Assembly (NCBI GenBank): GCA_046484135.1
Contig: JAWOBU010000243.1
Location: forward strand, 1 to 20,556
Source of the DNA: a bacterium
GTDB taxonomy: Bacteria > RBG-13-61-14 > DATKZS01
DNA length: 20,556 nucleotides
Direction of reading: 5' to 3'
Shown here: positions 16,219-20,556 of the stretch, in pieces
How positions within the stretch are numbered: position 1 is the first letter of the stretch
How the letters are laid out: every line of letters begins with the position of its first letter
The notes under the pieces: generated by a model
Databases searched by the model: none
What the model was told of the DNA's origin: nothing
Seen by the model: only the letters and a program-made list of their open reading frames with translations
Program-made: the position numbers and the translations under genes

Positions 16219-18288
16219 TTAAGTCGGCAAGGCGTCCTCCGTCATCTGTCTGCCCGTCATCTCCGGGTTGCCCACCGCATAGGCGCTCACCCGCTTTAAA
16301 GAGCCTTCCGACTTTACGGTTATAGTCACCACCGGATCAATGGCCCCGGCCTCCAGGGCCGCCTCCCGGGCCAGCTCCCGCGCGCGGCCGCGGGCCCACT
16401 GCTGGGCCTCTTCCGATTCCTTGAAGTCCTGCATGGTGTTCTCGATCCGGGCCTGGTAAGTATAACTGCCCTCGGTCTCCTGCAGATACACCAGGGCCTC
16501 CCGCTCCACCATGATGGAGCCGGCCACCGCGCCCGCGGCGTTCGCCACCGCGGCGTGGTCGGGCAGCACGAAACGGGTCCCGAGCTTTTCCGACACCCGC
16601 CTTAAAAAGGCTTCTGCCGGCGCCCCGATGCCGATCAGGGGAAGGCGACTTTTGATGGCGATCTCCAAAAGCGGATCGGTGCCGTCCTGCGACCTCTCAA
16701 AGAACCATCGCCCCCAATCGTCGGCGATCTTCTCCGGCAGGGAGTTTAGCCCGCTCTGGCCCGCCAGGAACACCACCGCCTCGTGGCAGATGCGGGACAC
16801 AATGTGGTCCATGACCTCGACCGCAAATGCGTCCGGGTCCCGGTTGTTTAAAAAGGCGAAGCACCGCATGGCCTGCTTGGCCGCGGGCCTCGACCACAGC
16901 TCCATCTCGCGGGTTACGTGTAACAGGTCGGTGGGGGTCAAAGCGGCTTCTTCGATGATCCCTTTCTTGATGAGAGGGTCCAGGGACAACTGGACGGGAT
17001 GATGAACCCGGGCCTTCCTGAGAAGCCGGGACAGGCTGGCCGGCCCTTCCTGGAGGACCTCGACCACCTTCCTCTGCACGGTCTGTTCTTTGGGCAGCTT
17101 ATCGGGCGTGAAGTTCTTGGCCAGAAAACAGTATTGCAGGTCGGTCGGCTTCCAGGCGATCTTTCTTTTTTTCTTCAAGGAGGTGAGCTTATGCTCGACC
17201 TCTGGGTATTGATAGGCCAGCCTGGAGATAGGCATGACCCGGTCGGGTCCCACCGTGAGGTTCCCGGCCTGGTCGAATGATATGCGCGAGTCACAGCCCA
17301 GGCAGGTGGTCCGGATGGAGGCCGACTTTACCGCGGTGTCCACGTTGCCGATGCTGGCGCCTTCCTCGGTAACGTTCATCCTGCCTTCCTTGATGAGCGC
17401 AAGGTCTGTGGTGGTTCCTCCCACGTCTATGACCAGGGCGGAGTCAATGCCGGTAAGGAAGTGTCCGCCGATGGCGCTGGCGGAAGGACCGGACAGAATG
17501 GTCTCCACCGGCCGGTAGGCGGCGTCGTGATACGGCATCAACGACCCGTCTCCTTTGACGATCATGAGGGGGGCATGAATGTGCTTTTGCCGGAGCGCTT
17601 TCCTTACCGCTTCCACGAACTCCCTCATCACCGCCACCAGGGCGGCGTTGACCGAAGCGGTGGTCGCCCTTTTGATGGAGTCGAGCTTGGTGGACATCTG
17701 GCTGCCCATCACCACGGGAAGGTCCACGATCTCCTTGATGGCCTCCCGGGTGCGCTCTTCGTGAGTGGGGTTTAAGGGGCTGAAGTAGCTGGACACGGCA
17801 AAGGCGTCCACCTTCTTGCGGTTCTTGGTGACCCAGCTCTTGATACCTTCCAGGTCGAGGGGTGCTTTTTCCTCGCCTTGATGAAGGTGTCCTCCCGAGA
17901 AGTACTGGAACCGCCGGGTACAGAACTTGGACTCCATGTCATAAGTGGTTACCAAGTCCTTGTCGTAACCGATCAGGATGAGCCCGATCTCCCGCGCCTT
18001 GTCCTCCGCTATCGAGTTGGTGGCCAGGGTGGAGGAAATACCTACCAGGGCGATCCGTTCCGGGCTTTTTATCTTGAGCTTCTCGATGACCTTTCGGATG
18101 CCGCGGGTCAGGTCTTTCCTGGTGGTCAAGGACTTGGCCGAGCTTATAATCCTCCGTGAATGATAGTCCATGAGCACACCGTCGGTATAGGTCCCGCCGG
18201 TGTCAATGCCCAGGACTATCTTCTCGCTTCCGCCACCGGATTTCTTCATCTTCCGTATCTGCTCTCGAGCCCTTTCTTTCTCCAGCAT
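16219..18288 (-). CDS. Hydantoinase/oxoprolinase-A family ASKHA ATPase (stand-alone)
   Basis: LGIDTGGTYTD, STLATNSI, ETILSGPSAS, VIDVGGTTTD, TPTDLLHV, VANAAGA. GGAGG 8 nt before ATG 18288 (alternative GTG 18294). Confidence 0.88.
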   Translation of the reverse strand: MLEKERAREQIRKMKKSGGGSEKIVLGIDTGGTYTDGVLMDYHSRRIISSAKSLTTRKDLTRGIRKVIEKLKIKSPERIALVGISSTLATNSIAEDKAREIGLILIGYDKDLVTTYDMESKFCTRRFQYFSGGHLHQGEEKAPLDLEGIKSWVTKNRKKVDAFAVSSYFSPLNPTHEERTREAIKEIVDLPVVMGSQMSTKLDSIKRATTASVNAALVAVMREFVEAVRKALRQKHIHAPLMIVKGDGSLMPYHDAAYRPVETILSGPSASAIGGHFLTGIDSALVIDVGGTTTDLALIKEGRMNVTEEGASIGNVDTAVKSASIRTTCLGCDSRISFDQAGNLTVGPDRVMPISRLAYQYPEVEHKLTSLKKKRKIAWKPTDLQYCFLAKNFTPDKLPKEQTVQRKVVEVLQEGPASLSRLLRKARVHHPVQLSLDPLIKKGIIEEAALTPTDLLHVTREMELWSRPAAKQAMRCFAFLNNRDPDAFAVEVMDHIVSRICHEAVVFLAGQSGLNSLPEKIADDWGRWFFERSQDGTDPLLEIAIKSRLPLIGIGAPAEAFLRRVSEKLGTRFVLPDHAAVANAAGAVAGSIMVEREALVYLQETEGSYTYQARIENTMQDFKESEEAQQWARGRARELAREAALEAGAIDPVVTITVKSEGSLKRVSAYAVGNPEMTGRQMTEDALPT

Positions 18289-18327
18289 GATCACGTCCTC
18301 CGCCGCCGGGCCGAGGAATAAGAAGGC

Positions 18328-19803
18328 TTAAGGCTTGATGGCGTTATTACTCTTCATGCGCTCTTCCGCCTCGTCAATCACCTTCTGAATGTCCTTTTTT
18401 ACGTCCGCAGGCACGCGCGAGCTGGGTCCCTCAAAGTTCTCGATCAGGTCCCGGGTCTTCTCGAGAATCCTGTCCTTCATAGTGGACCGGCCCATGGAGT
18501 CCCACTCCTCGTAGCTGGTGCGGTCCATCAGAGTAGGCCGCCAGTGCTTCTTGTACCACTTCATGGTGTGCTCTTCCTCGAGGTAGTGGCCGCCCGGTCC
18601 CACGCTGTTTATCACGTCGGTGGCCATGGTCTCGCGGTTCACCTCGATGCCGCCCTCCACTACCCGGGCCATGCCGATCACCTCGTCGTCCAGGACCGTC
18701 TGGTAGATGTCCCCGCAAAGACCGGACTCGGTGTAGCCGTTGTCGTGCACGAAGTTGGGTCCGCTCATCATGGCGGCGTTAATGGATATGGCCGCTTCCA
18801 TGCCGGACTGGAGCTCGAGCATCTTGGTGTCGGTGCACCCGGAGGTCGAGTACATGGGCAGTCCCAGGAACTTGCACATCTCGGTGCAGGCCGCGCTCAG
18901 GATGGAAAGCTCGGGCGCGCCGTACGAGTAGATGGAGCGCCGCATGTCCAGGATGGACTGGACTCCTCCGATGATGATGCAGGTGCCGGGGTTGATGAGC
19001 TGGGATGCCACCACCCCCACCAGGGACTCGGCCATGGCCACCACTATCTGGCCGGCGTGGGTCGCCGGGACAGTTCCTCCGCCTATCGAGCAGGGGCTGT
19101 ACACCTGGGGGATACGGTGCTCGGCGCAGTACATGCACTTGTCAATGGCGTGGAAATCGCTCACCAGCGGCGAGATGGGCTCGCCGTAAAAGATGTAGTT
19201 GGGCTTCTCCTTGAAAGCGTCCTCGCCGCCCGCCATGATGATGCCTACCCGGTGCTCGTCCCGGCAGCCGTCCCTGGTAAAGGACCAGCTCATGACCGGC
19301 TTCAAGGTGTTCTGGATCATGTCGGCGAACTCATAGAGGTCCCCGAGCCCGTTGGTCACGTCGCTTATGGACCCGAGCGACTGCACGTATCCGATGTTGG
19401 GCAAGGCCTCGCACACCCTTGCCACCATGGCCGCGTCCTTTCTAAGGTAGGGACGACGCTCCAGGGTGTCCGGGTCATTAAAGTTGGGGGGCGTAGGGCC
19501 CGGACCGAAGTAGCTCCGGTTTTTCTCCACGAAGCACTTGGGCTCGTTCTCCCACGACCAGATGGTGGTGGTCTTGGGAAGGGTGGACAGCGCCTCCTGC
19601 ACAATATAATGCGGAATGCGCACCCGCATTCCGTCCACCTTGCAGCCCGCTTTCTTGAAAAGGTCCCGGGCGCCTTCGTGGTGTACGTCCGCGCCCGTGT
19701 CGTTGAGCGTCCTCAAGATGCCGTAGTAAATCTCTTCTCTTTGATCATCGCTTAAAAACCTGAACTGGGGGGTCAGGTTAATCTCGTAGTTTACCCGATC
19801 CAT
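18328..19803 (-). CDS. Trimethylamine methyltransferase (MttB) superfamily protein, non-pyrrolysine
   Basis: 491 aa with no in-frame TAG. FLSDDQREEI, EPISPL, GGTVPATHAG..V...AE.L, YGAPE, GLPMYSTSGCTDTK, HDNGY, D.E.IG, VGPGGHYL..EHT. Confidence 0.9.
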   Translation of the reverse strand: MDRVNYEINLTPQFRFLSDDQREEIYYGILRTLNDTGADVHHEGARDLFKKAGCKVDGMRVRIPHYIVQEALSTLPKTTTIWSWENEPKCFVEKNRSYFGPGPTPPNFNDPDTLERRPYLRKDAAMVARVCEALPNIGYVQSLGSISDVTNGLGDLYEFADMIQNTLKPVMSWSFTRDGCRDEHRVGIIMAGGEDAFKEKPNYIFYGEPISPLVSDFHAIDKCMYCAEHRIPQVYSPCSIGGGTVPATHAGQIVVAMAESLVGVVASQLINPGTCIIIGGVQSILDMRRSIYSYGAPELSILSAACTEMCKFLGLPMYSTSGCTDTKMLELQSGMEAAISINAAMMSGPNFVHDNGYTESGLCGDIYQTVLDDEVIGMARVVEGGIEVNRETMATDVINSVGPGGHYLEEEHTMKWYKKHWRPTLMDRTSYEEWDSMGRSTMKDRILEKTRDLIENFEGPSSRVPADVKKDIQKVIDEAEERMKSNNAIKP

Positions 19804-19846
19804 ATCCGAATCTCCTTCGTAAGCTCTGTTCGCGGTTTTACCGCCA

Positions 19847-20554
19847 TTACGAGTGCCTCTTGTCCGCGGCGTGGATCAACTCCCACAGCTCCTTCTCAAG
19901 CTTCTCGTCCAGCGGCTCCGGCTCGTGGGTCTCGAGGATGCGGTCGGTCTCCTCCACTACCCGGTCGAGCATGGTCTTCTTGCCTTCCATGTTCCAGGTG
20001 TCCCAGTCGGCCCGGTCCTGGAGCTTGGGCATGAACCACTCCCGCCAGTGCTGGTAAGTGTGGTCGTGGGTGACATACTCGCCTCCCGGCCCTACCTCTG
20101 CGATCACGTCCAGGGCCAGGTGGGCCTCGTCCGTGCTTACGCCGGTGCCGAACTGCCTGACCATGCCGATGATCTCGTTGTTCAACACCAGGCTCTCGAG
20201 AGAAGACATGGTCCCCGAGCAGATATAGCCAACGTCGTGGATGAGGCTCGCGCCCGATAAATAGGCGTAAAAAAGGCTTGTAGCGCACTCGGCCGCGGTC
20301 TGCTCGTCCACCGTCTTCGAGTCCGAGCACCCGCCGGTCGAGAACATGGGCAGGCCCACCCACTTGGAAATGTCGGTGTTGGCTGCGCAGGCCAGAGACA
20401 GCTCGGGCGCTCCATATGAGTAGGTCGTGGTCATCATGTCCATGACCGTGGTGACCCCGCCCATGATGAGAGGCATGCCCGGCTTCTTGAGCCAGCACAG
20501 CACCACCGCCAGAAGCGTCTCCGCAAGCGATTGCACCAGCATTCCCGCGAGCGT
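19847..20554 (-). CDS. Second MttB-superfamily methyltransferase (partial; 5' end outside window)
   Basis: Frame is open to the window edge (TLAGMLVQSLAE). YSYGAPELS, GLPMFSTGGCSDSK, HDVGY, VGPGGEYVTHDHT. Confidence 0.9.
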   Translation of the reverse strand, partial: TLAGMLVQSLAETLLAVVLCWLKKPGMPLIMGGVTTVMDMMTTTYSYGAPELSLACAANTDISKWVGLPMFSTGGCSDSKTVDEQTAAECATSLFYAYLSGASLIHDVGYICSGTMSSLESLVLNNEIIGMVRQFGTGVSTDEAHLALDVIAEVGPGGEYVTHDHTYQHWREWFMPKLQDRADWDTWNMEGKKTMLDRVVEETDRILETHEPEPLDEKLEKELWELIHAADKRHS

Positions 20555-20556
20555 CG

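Noticed and set aside
18544..19755. 403-aa plus-strand ORF, and similar long opposite-strand or off-frame ORFs (1833..2687, 2600..3316, 6422..7372, 10800..11462, 15520..16209)
   Set aside because: They overlap well-supported genes and show no recognisable motifs; such shadow ORFs are expected in GC-rich coding DNA.
18328..20554. Pyrrolysine or selenocysteine read-through in the MttB genes
   Set aside because: No in-frame TAG or TGA in the visible coding regions; the equivalent codon is TGC.

Overview
Gene-dense bacterial chromosomal window, mostly about 55-60% GC by eye. Gene content suggests an anaerobic, possibly salt-adapted Gram-negative organism (Desulfobacterota/deltaproteobacteria-like; inference only). 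The left half holds the 3' end of a ClpB/ClpC ATPase gene, two tandem paralogous 4-Cys mini-proteins, a divergent MoaE-like gene, a hypothetical lipoprotein and trpE with no adjacent trpG. These are followed by an AT-rich two-gene cassette (ABC-type/AAA_15-like ATPase plus small PD-(D/E)xK-like protein), a VOC + SDR pair, a lipoprotein cyclophilin, an internally deleted Rid-family gene, a glycerophosphodiester phosphodiesterase and a CpoB-like TPR + LysM (TsaP-like) pair behind a perfect sigma70 promoter. The right half (11.5-20.6 kb, minus strand, running off the window) is one apparent operon: two non-pyrrolysine MttB-family methyltransferases, a stand-alone hydantoinase/oxoprolinase-A-like ASKHA protein, DUF1638, a SAM-dependent sarcosine/dimethylglycine N-methyltransferase and a ProVWX/OpuA glycine-betaine ABC importer. 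The best candidates for undescribed biology are this operon, which mixes betaine-demethylating and betaine-synthesising enzyme families, the ATPase + nuclease candidate defence cassette with its compositionally foreign central segment, and the tandem Cys4 mini-proteins. No rRNA, tRNA, CRISPR array, transposase or integrase was recognised. All family calls are from motif recognition by eye; no searches were run.
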